A stretch of 32,000 bases of DNA from an archaeon (GTDB lineage Archaea > Iainarchaeota > Iainarchaeia > Iainarchaeales > JANQMZ01), in the NCBI GenBank assembly GCA_028279805.1, contig JANQMZ010000007.1, forward strand, positions 810,001 through 842,000. The letters are read 5' to 3'. The first letter of the stretch is position 1; every line of letters starts with the position of its first letter. The notes beneath the pieces were generated by a model. That model saw only the letters and a program-made list of their open reading frames with translations. It was not told the origin of the DNA and did not search any database. Position numbers and translations under genes: made by a program. Shown piece by piece: positions 9,615-17,506 of the stretch.

Positions 9615-9780
9615 ATGCTTTGATTGTTTTTCTTCCGTTTTCCTGTGCTCTTTGAGCAGCTCTTGTAATTGCGTCTGAAACTGTTGAGCTCAGAGCATCA
9701 TATGCTTGTGCTGAAAATCTTAAACCCTGACTTGCAGCAAGTTCTTTTACTTTTGATTTTACGACCAATGTTTCTGCCAT
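9604..9780 (-). CDS. 58-aa histone-fold protein with truncated third helix (not in the ORF track)
   Basis: Reverse-complement translation: MAETLVVKSKVKELAASQGLRFSAQAYDALSSTVSDAITRAAQRAQENGRKTIKACDC*; SD-like AGGAGGT upstream; histone signature GRKTIKxxD. Confidence 0.82.
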   Translation of the reverse strand: MAETLVVKSKVKELAASQGLRFSAQAYDALSSTVSDAITRAAQRAQENGRKTIKACDC

Positions 9781-9946
9781 AAAACTACCTCCTTTGCGTG
9801 TTTTACCACGATTTAATTATGCTGGGGCACCAAAACCTATTTAAAACCATGCCCTAAAACCCCCTTTAAACAGTGAAAAAGGGGCAAAAGAAGCCCTAAA
9901 ATTTAAACAAAACTAGAGCATCAATTAAAGCAAAAATTTAGCGTTT

Positions 9947-10936
9947 TTATAACAAGCCAATCAATTCTTCAGTAACCTGTTTTGTTGTTGCATTGCCTTG
10001 TAAATCTTTTGGCAAATTTTTTCCATTTTTTAAAAAAGTTTGAACCGCATTATTAATCTGCATAGCTTTTTCTTTTTCATTCAAATGTTCTAACATCATT
10101 TTTGCAGCCAAAATACAGGCAATGGGATTTGCAATTTCTTTTCCTGCAATATCCGGTGCGGAACCATGCACCGGCTCAAAAACAGAATTATTTAACCCAA
10201 TATTTCCCGATGCAGCCAATCCAATGCTTCCGGCTAATTCTACAGCTTCATCTGATAATATGTCTCCGAACAAATTTGTTGTAACAATAACTTTGAATTT
10301 TTCAGGATTTTTAATTAAATTCATTGCCATTGCATCAACAAAAAATTCTTCCACATTTAAACCAAGTTCTTTTCCCAAATCAAAAGCAATCTTCCTGAAT
10401 AACCCGTCAGATTTTCTTAAAATGTTTGCTTTTGTAACAATTGTTATTTTTTTTTCTCCGAGTTTTTTTGCCAAATCAAAACCAAATCTTAAAATGCGTT
10501 CAGAACCCTTTTTTGAAACGATTCGTGTTGCCTCAACCCTATCCTCAAATTCTTTTTCAATCCCCACATACATTCCTTCAGTATTTTCCCTTACAATAAA
10601 CAAATCCATTTCTTTTACAAAATCTGTGCCGGGATAAGATTTTGCAGGTCTTAAATTTGCAAACAAATCAAGTTCCTGCCTTAAGGAAACAATTGCACTT
10701 TTATAATTTTTAATTTCCGGAGGCGTGGTAACCGCTCCAAACAAACAGGAATCAGAATTCTTAACAGCATCAATAGTTTTTTTTGGCAAAGGCGTTCCGT
10801 GTTTTTTAAAACATTCATAACCAGCCTCAGCTTCAACAAAATCAGCCTTAAAATTAACTGAATCCAAAACCTGCAAAGCAGAGTCCATAACTTCAGGACC
10901 AATGCCATCTCCTTTAATTATTGCAATTTTATGCAT
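9947..10936 (-). CDS. 3-isopropylmalate / homoisocitrate dehydrogenase family
   Basis: IAIIKGDGIGPEV, LDLFANLRPAKSYPG, VRENTEGMYVG, VTTNLFGDILSDEA, FEPVHGSAPDIAGK. Confidence 0.9.
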   Translation of the reverse strand: MHKIAIIKGDGIGPEVMDSALQVLDSVNFKADFVEAEAGYECFKKHGTPLPKKTIDAVKNSDSCLFGAVTTPPEIKNYKSAIVSLRQELDLFANLRPAKSYPGTDFVKEMDLFIVRENTEGMYVGIEKEFEDRVEATRIVSKKGSERILRFGFDLAKKLGEKKITIVTKANILRKSDGLFRKIAFDLGKELGLNVEEFFVDAMAMNLIKNPEKFKVIVTTNLFGDILSDEAVELAGSIGLAASGNIGLNNSVFEPVHGSAPDIAGKEIANPIACILAAKMMLEHLNEKEKAMQINNAVQTFLKNGKNLPKDLQGNATTKQVTEELIGLL

Positions 10937-11432
10937 TGAATTTCCTCTTATTCAAATAATTAATTATTCCGCCTTCATTAAAAATTTCCAGTAAAAATTC
11001 TGGCAAAGGCTCTGATGAAAACTCTTTTCCTGTTGTTTTGTTTTTAATCAAACCTTTTTCCAAGTCAACTTCCACATCATCTTTATCATTAATGCCATCA
11101 ACAGCTTCTTTGCTTATTAATACAGGCAATCCGATGTTTATTGCATTCCTGTAAAAAATTCTTGCAATTGATTTTGCAATAACACATTTTATTCCCGAAG
11201 CTTTAATTGCTATCGGAGCCGTTTCCCTGCTTGAACCTGAACCAAAATTTTCATCAGCAACAATTACATCATTTTCTTTAACCTGTTTTGCAAACTCCGG
11301 CTTGAATTCAATAAAACAAATTCTTGCCAATTCCTTTTTATCAGTTGTTAAATTATAACGCCCAGGAGTAATCAAATCAGTGTTAATGTCTGAACCAAAT
11401 TTCCAGGTTTTGCCCATTATTTTTCCCTCCAT
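10929..11432 (-). CDS. 3-isopropylmalate dehydratase / homoaconitase small subunit
   Basis: WKFGSDINTDLITPGRYNLTTD, ENFGSGSSRETAPIAIKASGIKCVIAKSIARIFYRNAINIGLPV. Confidence 0.9.
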   Translation of the reverse strand: MEGKIMGKTWKFGSDINTDLITPGRYNLTTDKKELARICFIEFKPEFAKQVKENDVIVADENFGSGSSRETAPIAIKASGIKCVIAKSIARIFYRNAINIGLPVLISKEAVDGINDKDDVEVDLEKGLIKNKTTGKEFSSEPLPEFLLEIFNEGGIINYLNKRKFNA

Positions 11433-12661
11433 TCAAGTTTTCCGCTTAAAGCAGTTAAAGCAGCAACATACGGGCTAACCAGATAAATTTCAGATTTTGG
11501 TGAACCCATTCTCCCCATATAATTCCTGTTCATTGTTGAAACACAAACATCGTTATCAGCTAAAATTCCCTGGTTTCTGCCCAGACAAGGACCACAACTT
11601 GTATTCCCAATAACTGCTCCTGCCTGAGCCAAATCATTAATGATGCCTTCCTTTGTTGCCTGTTTTAAAACTTCCTGTGAAGCAGGCGTTACAATAAAAC
11701 GCATTCCTTCCTTGACATGTTTTCCCCTGACTATATCGGCAGCAATTCTCAAATCCTCTATCCTGCCATTGGTGCAGGTGCCAATAAAAACCTGGTCAAC
11801 TTTTGGCACGTTAACCTCACTAATATTTTTAACATTTGCAACATCCGGAGGCACCGCAACAACAGGCTCAATTTCATCAGCATTAATTTCCAGTGTTTCA
11901 ACAAATTCTGCGTCATCATCTGAAAAAATTTTCTCACCTTTAACTCCTGCCTTTTTTAAAAAATTTAAAGTTGTTTCATCGGCATTAATCAGACCTGTTT
12001 TTGCTCCTGCCTCAATTGCCATATTACTTAAAACAATTCTGTCAGACATGTCAAAATCTTTAATTGTCTGGCCATGAAATTCTAAAGCCCTGTAATTTGT
12101 TTTGATTTTTTTCTGTTTTAATTCTTTTATTATTGTTAACATTAAATCTTTGCTGAAAACCCCGGTCCTCAGCTTTCCGGTAACATTAACTTTAATTGTT
12201 TCCGGAACGCGAAACCAGTTTTGGCCTGTTGCCCAGCCAACAGCAATATCAGTTGAACCCATACCCGTGCCAAAACAACCGAATGCACCGTAAGTGCATG
12301 AATGGGAATCAGCCCCAATAACCACTTCGCCTGGCTTAATAAAGCCTTTTTCCGGCAGAATTTGATGGCAAATGCCTTGCCCATAAAACATTTCCACATT
12401 GTTTTTTTGCGCAAAATCAATTAACCTGCGGTGAATGTTTGCAACATTTTCGTTTGGGGCGGGAACTGCGTGATCAAAAACTATTACCATTTTATCTGAA
12501 TATAATTTTTTTGTATTCATTTTTTCAAAAGCTTCTATAGCCAAAGCCGTTGTGGAATCATGTGACATTATTCTGTCCAACTCAACATTTACAATTTCCC
12601 CGGGTTTAACCGGTTTGCCTGCTTTTTTTGAAAAAATTTTTTCACTAATTGTTTGACCCAT
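11417..12661 (-). CDS. 3-isopropylmalate dehydratase / homoaconitase large subunit
   Basis: GADSHSCTYGAFGCFGTGMGSTD, FIGTCTNGRIEDLR, NTSCGPCLG, NRNYMGRMGS (aconitase family Fe-S ligands). Confidence 0.92.
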   Translation of the reverse strand: MGQTISEKIFSKKAGKPVKPGEIVNVELDRIMSHDSTTALAIEAFEKMNTKKLYSDKMVIVFDHAVPAPNENVANIHRRLIDFAQKNNVEMFYGQGICHQILPEKGFIKPGEVVIGADSHSCTYGAFGCFGTGMGSTDIAVGWATGQNWFRVPETIKVNVTGKLRTGVFSKDLMLTIIKELKQKKIKTNYRALEFHGQTIKDFDMSDRIVLSNMAIEAGAKTGLINADETTLNFLKKAGVKGEKIFSDDDAEFVETLEINADEIEPVVAVPPDVANVKNISEVNVPKVDQVFIGTCTNGRIEDLRIAADIVRGKHVKEGMRFIVTPASQEVLKQATKEGIINDLAQAGAVIGNTSCGPCLGRNQGILADNDVCVSTMNRNYMGRMGSPKSEIYLVSPYVAALTALSGKLEWREK

Positions 12662-14009
12662 TTAACTCACTCATAATAATTCTGGAATTTGTTTTTTTAA
12701 CCTTTTTTATTGAATTAATTTTATCAATCAAATTATCCAGTTCTGAAACATTTTTTGTTTTAACAAAAGCCAAAATGTCATAATTGCCTGCAACTTCCAA
12801 AACTTTTTCAACAAAAGGCATTGACAATAATTCTTTTGACAATTTTTTGCTCGAGCTTGTCTGATTACTTTTAATTGATATGACTGCCTTAATTTTTTTA
12901 CCGGATTTTATTTCACCTGAACCGTTTTCCACTAAAGTAATTATGTCAGCATCTTTAACCCAGCGTTTTTTTGACTCTTTTAATTTTTGAAACACTTCCA
13001 AAAACTTTTTTTCATCCAGTTTTACTCCCAGTTCATTTAATTTGTTTTCAAAAGCTTTTTTTCCCGCAAACTGGTCAACAACAATTGTTCTTTTTCTTGC
13101 AAATTTTTCAGGATTAATAACTTCATAACTTTCAGGATTTTTTAAAACAGCATTTGTATGCAAACCGGCTTTATGTGAAAAAGCATTCCTGCCAACAATC
13201 GGGGCGTTTCTTGCCAAACCCAGCCCTGAATATTTTCCAACCAATCTGCTTAACTCCGGCAAAACGCTGAAATTCCACCCGTTTTGAGCATTATAAAGCG
13301 TATCCAAAGAAACAGCCAATTCAGCCAAAGGCGTAATTCCCGCTCTCTCTCCCAAACCATTCACAGTAACATCTGCCAGTTTTGCTCCAGCTTCAAATGC
13401 AGCCAAGCAATTTGCTGTTGCCAGCCCAAAATCATTATGGCAATGCACATTCAATTCAATTTTTGATTTTTGTAAAATTTGTTCAACCAAAACTTTCATT
13501 TTTTCAGGAGTCATTGTTCCGACAGTATCAGCCAGACTAATCCTGTCAGCTTTGCTTTCCATTTCATTGCAAATTTTTACAAAATAATCCAACTTCGTCC
13601 TAGTCCCATCTTCCGGAGTAAACCTGATTTTTAATCCATGTGATTTTGCATATTCAACAGCTTCCAATCCTTTTTCCAAAACCTGTTCTTTTGTCAAATT
13701 GTATTTTGTTTTAATTCCGATGTCCGATGTGCTGATAAAAATTCCGACCCAGTCACAATTGCAATCTAATACTGCATCAACATCTTGTTTTAGAGCACGC
13801 GCGTGTCCAAGAATTTGTGCATTTAATTTTAATGAACTTAATTTTTTTACCGATTCTTTTAATTGTTTTGAAACAAATGGTTGCCCGGCCTCAATTACAT
13901 TCACGCCAAATTTATCAAGCAAAGTGGCAATTTCAATTTTTTGTTTCTGGCTGAACAAAACTCCTCTAGTCAGTTCTCCCTCTCTTAAAGTTGAATCTAA
14001 TAATTCCAT
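12645..14009 (-). CDS. 2-isopropylmalate synthase / homocitrate synthase family enzyme with C-terminal Lrp/AsnC ligand-binding (RAM) domain
   Basis: LLDSTLREGELTRG, VHCHNDFGLATANCLAAFEAGA, GLGERAGITPLAEL, AFSHKAGLHTNAVLKNPESYE; C-terminus AVISIKS...VEKVLEVAGNYDILAFVKTKNVSELDNLIDKINSIKKVKKTNSRIIM. Confidence 0.88.
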   Translation of the reverse strand: MELLDSTLREGELTRGVLFSQKQKIEIATLLDKFGVNVIEAGQPFVSKQLKESVKKLSSLKLNAQILGHARALKQDVDAVLDCNCDWVGIFISTSDIGIKTKYNLTKEQVLEKGLEAVEYAKSHGLKIRFTPEDGTRTKLDYFVKICNEMESKADRISLADTVGTMTPEKMKVLVEQILQKSKIELNVHCHNDFGLATANCLAAFEAGAKLADVTVNGLGERAGITPLAELAVSLDTLYNAQNGWNFSVLPELSRLVGKYSGLGLARNAPIVGRNAFSHKAGLHTNAVLKNPESYEVINPEKFARKRTIVVDQFAGKKAFENKLNELGVKLDEKKFLEVFQKLKESKKRWVKDADIITLVENGSGEIKSGKKIKAVISIKSNQTSSSKKLSKELLSMPFVEKVLEVAGNYDILAFVKTKNVSELDNLIDKINSIKKVKKTNSRIIMSELNGSNN

Positions 14010-14254
14010 TATTTTTCACCTAATATTACTAATGATTCAACGTTTTTGACATCATCTATTGCTGAAACATTGTCAACAAAATTGTTGAAATGTTCTGTGT
14101 TCAAAAAACTGCCAATTAAAACTATATCCGTTTTTCCTGAAACTTCAAACACTTTTTGTGTTTCTTTAAATTCTTTCAGTCTTTCAACAACTGTTGCTGT
14201 GTTTTTGTTGCTTTCCACATCAATGTGTAAAAACGCTTCAATTTTCCCGCTCAT
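14009..14254 (-). CDS. Stand-alone Lrp/AsnC-type ligand-binding (RAM) domain protein lacking an HTH
   Basis: 81 aa: FLHIDVESNKNTATVVERLKEFKETQKVFEVSGKTDIVLIGSFLNTEHFNNFVDNVSAIDDVKNVESLVIL; overlaps the downstream synthase gene by 1 nt. Confidence 0.75.
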   Translation of the reverse strand: MSGKIEAFLHIDVESNKNTATVVERLKEFKETQKVFEVSGKTDIVLIGSFLNTEHFNNFVDNVSAIDDVKNVESLVILGEK

Positions 14255-14296
14255 ATACTATAATCCCAGAAAAAGCTTTAAAAAACAAAATTAAAC

Positions 14297-14367
14297 GCGA
14301 CTTCAGACCGCCCATCAATCTTCATCCTCTTGCGAGTCAGTTTCATCGTCAGGTCATCAAAAGCCGC
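14297..14367 (-). ncRNA. C/D-box guide sRNA candidate
   Basis: Minus strand: GCGGCTT-T-TGATGA(C)-CCTGACGATGAAA-CTGA(D')-CTCGCAAGA-GGATGA(C')-AGATTGATGGGCGGT-CTGA(D)-AGTCGC; terminal stem GCGGCT/AGTCGC (one G-U); D guide complementary to the universal 16S sequence ACCGCCCGUCAA. Confidence 0.82.
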
Positions 14368-14404
14368 AATAATATTATTGCAGTAAAACTATTTAAAAGC
14401 AGGA

Positions 14405-14599
14405 TTAAGCTCTTCTTCTTTGTCTTTTTGCTCCGGGTGGCTTGTTTCCGCTCCAGCCGGTTACAACATTTCCTGTCAAATGCTTTGATGTAATAAAATT
14501 AATTCTTTCCCATGCGGTTGCAGGCCTGGTTCTTCCTTCTTCTACAACAAATAGCCGTGTTTTTCCGCCAACATTTTTTTCAACAAATTCTTTAACCAT
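14405..14599 (-). CDS. Small basic hypothetical protein (64 aa)
   Basis: MVKEFVEKNVGGKTRLFVVEEGRTRPATAWERINFITSKHLTGNVVTGWSGNKPPGAKRQRRRA; intergenic position, no competing ORF, basic C-terminus. Confidence 0.5.
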   Translation of the reverse strand: MVKEFVEKNVGGKTRLFVVEEGRTRPATAWERINFITSKHLTGNVVTGWSGNKPPGAKRQRRRA

Positions 14600-14690
14600 A
14601 CTAAAATAGTTTGTTTGAATATTTTTAATCTTTTACCTGTTTTTAGCCAAAAAAAGCTTTTTTAAGCATTTAATGCTTTTTTTTTGTTGA

Positions 14691-14867
14691 ATGGCTTCAA
14701 ATGTTTCAAAAGAACTTTTAAACGTGTTAGCCTGTCCCAAATGCAAATCAGGTTTAAAGCATGATTCTGCTAAAAAAAGGCTTTTATGCAAGAAATGCTC
14801 AGTTTTTTATGAAATAAAACATGGAATTCCGCTTGCTTTGGAAGACAAAGCAAAAAAAATACCATAA
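14691..14867 (+). CDS. Trm112-like small zinc-binding protein (58 aa, not in the ORF track)
   Basis: MASNVSKELLNVLACPKCKSGLKHDSAKKRLLCKKCSVFYEIKHGIPLALEDKAKKIP*: LLxxLACPxC...LxCxxCxxxYxIxxGIPxxL signature. Confidence 0.88.
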   Translation: MASNVSKELLNVLACPKCKSGLKHDSAKKRLLCKKCSVFYEIKHGIPLALEDKAKKIP

Positions 14868-14967
14868 ATCGTTCAAATTTCACAACACTATGCCTTTAAA
14901 TTCCCTCTGTCACACTATTTACTTATAAAATTCTTATTCTTATGATTAAAATTTTGGGGGTTTTTTT

Positions 14968-15342
14968 ATGACTGCAAAAAAAACAGAAAAATCAGAGAAA
15001 GCATCAGATGATGCGGAAATGGATGAATCAAAGTTACCCTTTCCTCGTGCCACAATTGTTAACATGGTTAGAAAAAATTTGGATCAGAATAAACAAATCA
15101 AAGGCCGTGTTAAAGACGAAATGAACATTTGGCTTGGAAAACTTGTTGAAAAACTTTCCAAAAAAATGAATTCATATCCTTACACTTACGTTGACTACGG
15201 AATGTTTAAAGACGCAATAAGTGTTTATGAACAAATGGAAGAAATTGAGGATGAAAAAGAACGCATAATAAAATACTTAGACAAAATAAAAGCAGACTTG
15301 GAAATGTTAGAAAAAGAAGTTGACAAAAAATTCAAATTGTAA
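14968..15342 (+). CDS. Histone-fold-like protein with C-terminal coiled coil (124 aa)
   Basis: LPFPRATIVNMVRKNLDQNKQIKGRVKDEMNIWLGKLVEKLSKKM...YVDYGMFKDAISVYEQMEEIEDEKERIIKYLDKIKADLEMLEKEVDKKFKL; aligns by eye to LPxAPIxRI...VSxDA...K..DIELAVRRF followed by heptads. Confidence 0.55.
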   Translation: MTAKKTEKSEKASDDAEMDESKLPFPRATIVNMVRKNLDQNKQIKGRVKDEMNIWLGKLVEKLSKKMNSYPYTYVDYGMFKDAISVYEQMEEIEDEKERIIKYLDKIKADLEMLEKEVDKKFKL

Positions 15343-15373
15343 AATCAACTTTTTTTTCTCTTCTTTTAATGTG

Positions 15374-15388
15374 ATATTTGTTTTACTT
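15374..15388. repeat. Left copy of 15-nt direct repeat ATATTTGTTTTACTT bracketing the defence-like cassette
   Basis: Identical to 20512-20526. Confidence 0.55.
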
Positions 15389-16498
15389 ATTCAAATGAAC
15401 TATTCTTTCAATTTTAATTCCCTCTTGTTTGGAATTATTTAAAACTTTTTTGGAAACAGGAATTTTGTCAGTCATCATACCACTCACTTTAAAACCGCAG
15501 TCTTTTGCAAGACTACAAAACAGTTTTCCCATATTAATTATTTGTGGACCAGTCACTCTCTTATTTTTAACATCTCCCACAACAACAAATGCATTTCCTC
15601 CGGGTTTCATTACTCTTTTTAATTCAACTAAAGTTTCTTTCATAAATTGCGAATAAACATTTAAAGAACCCGACTCCATTAGTTTTGATTTAACTTCTTT
15701 GTAATCATATCCCAAGAACCAATGCCGAAGCCAATTATCATAAGCATATGTTTGTATATTGAGGTATGGGGGAGAAAAAAACGCCAAATCAACTGTGCAA
15801 TCTTTTAATGAAATATCTCTTGAATCGCTATTTAAAGCACGTCCTTTATATTTTAAGTTGTTGTTAATTAATAGCTCTTCTCCTCTTTGCTTAAGTGCTT
15901 CAATAATATCTCTTCTTGGTCTTTTTAATCCATGCTTTTTTGCATATTTTTTGACATAGGTTGGAGACATAGAATAGGAATGGGAACAACGAAGCGAAAA
16001 GCTTTTTTGTGAATTTCCGTGTAAAAGCCCCAACGCAACCCCTTTTATAAAATTAGCTGATTTTGAGTTGTCTTCCTTTAAAATAGTCTTTAGTTCAATT
16101 AGTCTTTTCAAAGTGGTGGGATTGTAAAAAACTTTTACTTTGGGATCCACATTTTTTATTGATTTTATATAGCCCATTTTGTTTTCAATCTGGGTTAATT
16201 TTTTTTTATAGCTTGACAATTTTATGGGGTTCAATTTAGCATATGTTAAAATATGGGCTTCCGGAGAAACATCATTGCCTATAGATTTTCTATCAAGTAA
16301 TGCTGCTTCTAAGGGCGCAGTTCCCTTTCCCGAAAAAATATCCAGGAAAACATCTCCCTTATTTGAATATTTTTCTATAAAATATCTTGGCATGAGAGGC
16401 GGGAAAGAGCATATTCTAGAACACATTTTGTGTAAAGGATTTATGTCTCTCTTCTTCGATTTCCAGAAACTATTTTCTTCAAGTTTTATATCATACAT
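15383..16498 (-). CDS. DNA methyltransferase (SAM-dependent, SPPY catalytic motif; N4-cytosine more likely than N6-adenine)
   Basis: Motif I DVFLDIFSGKGTAPLEAA; motif IV VDLAFFSPPYLNIQTYAYDNWLRHW; VMKPGGNAFVVVGDV. Confidence 0.85.
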   Translation of the reverse strand: MYDIKLEENSFWKSKKRDINPLHKMCSRICSFPPLMPRYFIEKYSNKGDVFLDIFSGKGTAPLEAALLDRKSIGNDVSPEAHILTYAKLNPIKLSSYKKKLTQIENKMGYIKSIKNVDPKVKVFYNPTTLKRLIELKTILKEDNSKSANFIKGVALGLLHGNSQKSFSLRCSHSYSMSPTYVKKYAKKHGLKRPRRDIIEALKQRGEELLINNNLKYKGRALNSDSRDISLKDCTVDLAFFSPPYLNIQTYAYDNWLRHWFLGYDYKEVKSKLMESGSLNVYSQFMKETLVELKRVMKPGGNAFVVVGDVKNKRVTGPQIINMGKLFCSLAKDCGFKVSGMMTDKIPVSKKVLNNSKQEGIKIERIVHLNK

Positions 16499-16510
16499 TT
16501 TTTCGCCACT

Positions 16511-17503
16511 CTAAAATTTAATAGAAAGTTTCTTGGCTAAAGTTTTCATTTCTTTCATCAACTTGGTTATTATCTTTTTTTTCCTTTTATTATTTTTTAT
16601 TTCATCTATTCTTTGTCTGCTAATGGCCTCGATTTTGTCTAAAAAATTCTGTGCTTCACGAATAAAAACATCTGACATCTCTGGTTTATTGTTAAAAACT
16701 ACCTCTTTCGCTTTTCCAAGAGTCCATTTTCCTTCAAAATATTTCTTTTGGGCTTTTTTATCTTTAAGAACTACTCGTGTCAGATCTCTAACATCCCTAG
16801 TTTCAAGATTATCTTCAGTTATTTTTTTAATTAATTTTTTATCTAATTTTTTATCTTTTTTTTTCGCTTTTAAATAGTCAGTTGATTTATTAATCTCATA
16901 ATATTTGGTAAATTCTTTAGGATTAGAAATTTTGTTTTTTACCATAAAGTCAAACGTTTTTATGTAGTCCTGAATCTGTTTTTCAGGATAACGACTAACT
17001 TCTACTAATTCCTTAAAAGAAGCGCCTTCTCGTTTTCTTCTCTTAAACCAGACTGCAAGTTCATATGGCTCCCAATCTTTCTTTTGAATTATATGAACTC
17101 TTCCAAGTAAATAATCGATATCTGGCTGGGAAATTTTTTCTTTTATTACTTGGCATGGCACATTGGACCATTTTGTTTTTTCACTAGAAGTTTTAGCTTT
17201 TCTGTCAAGCTCCTTTAAAATACATAACCTAGTATTTCCCTCTAGCACTTTATTTTTGTAAACAATTAGTGGCTCATTAATTGCACCATCTGTTTCTATC
17301 ACTTCCTTTAGTTTTCTTGTTGGTTCCGAATGTTTTTCCCAAAATAATTCTTCAATTTTTTTTTCAGTCAATGCACCTTTTTCTCTTTCAAGAATAGAAA
17401 TTAATCTAGGATTCTCTTGGTAAAATTTTAGTTTCGATAACGGAACTTCTTTTATTTCTGTTTCAACTTTTTTATTTTTTCCAATTACAAGATATGATGA
17501 CAT
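16511..17503 (-). CDS. ParB/Srx-like N-terminal-domain protein (ParB-like B)
   Basis: VPLSKLKFYQENPRLISI...PLIVYKNKVLEGNTRLCILKEL...KKDWEPYELAVW; C-terminal TRDVRDLTRVV. Confidence 0.7.
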   Translation of the reverse strand: MSSYLVIGKNKKVETEIKEVPLSKLKFYQENPRLISILEREKGALTEKKIEELFWEKHSEPTRKLKEVIETDGAINEPLIVYKNKVLEGNTRLCILKELDRKAKTSSEKTKWSNVPCQVIKEKISQPDIDYLLGRVHIIQKKDWEPYELAVWFKRRKREGASFKELVEVSRYPEKQIQDYIKTFDFMVKNKISNPKEFTKYYEINKSTDYLKAKKKDKKLDKKLIKKITEDNLETRDVRDLTRVVLKDKKAQKKYFEGKWTLGKAKEVVFNNKPEMSDVFIREAQNFLDKIEAISRQRIDEIKNNKRKKKIITKLMKEMKTLAKKLSIKF

Positions 17504-17506
17504 GGT

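Noticed and set aside
14664-14685. AAGCAT-TTA-ATGCTT hairpin plus T-tract considered as a regulator of the Trm112-like gene
   Set aside because: Short, AT-rich and within a run of poly-T/poly-A; consistent with ordinary background or a simple terminator, so it was not listed as a separate finding.
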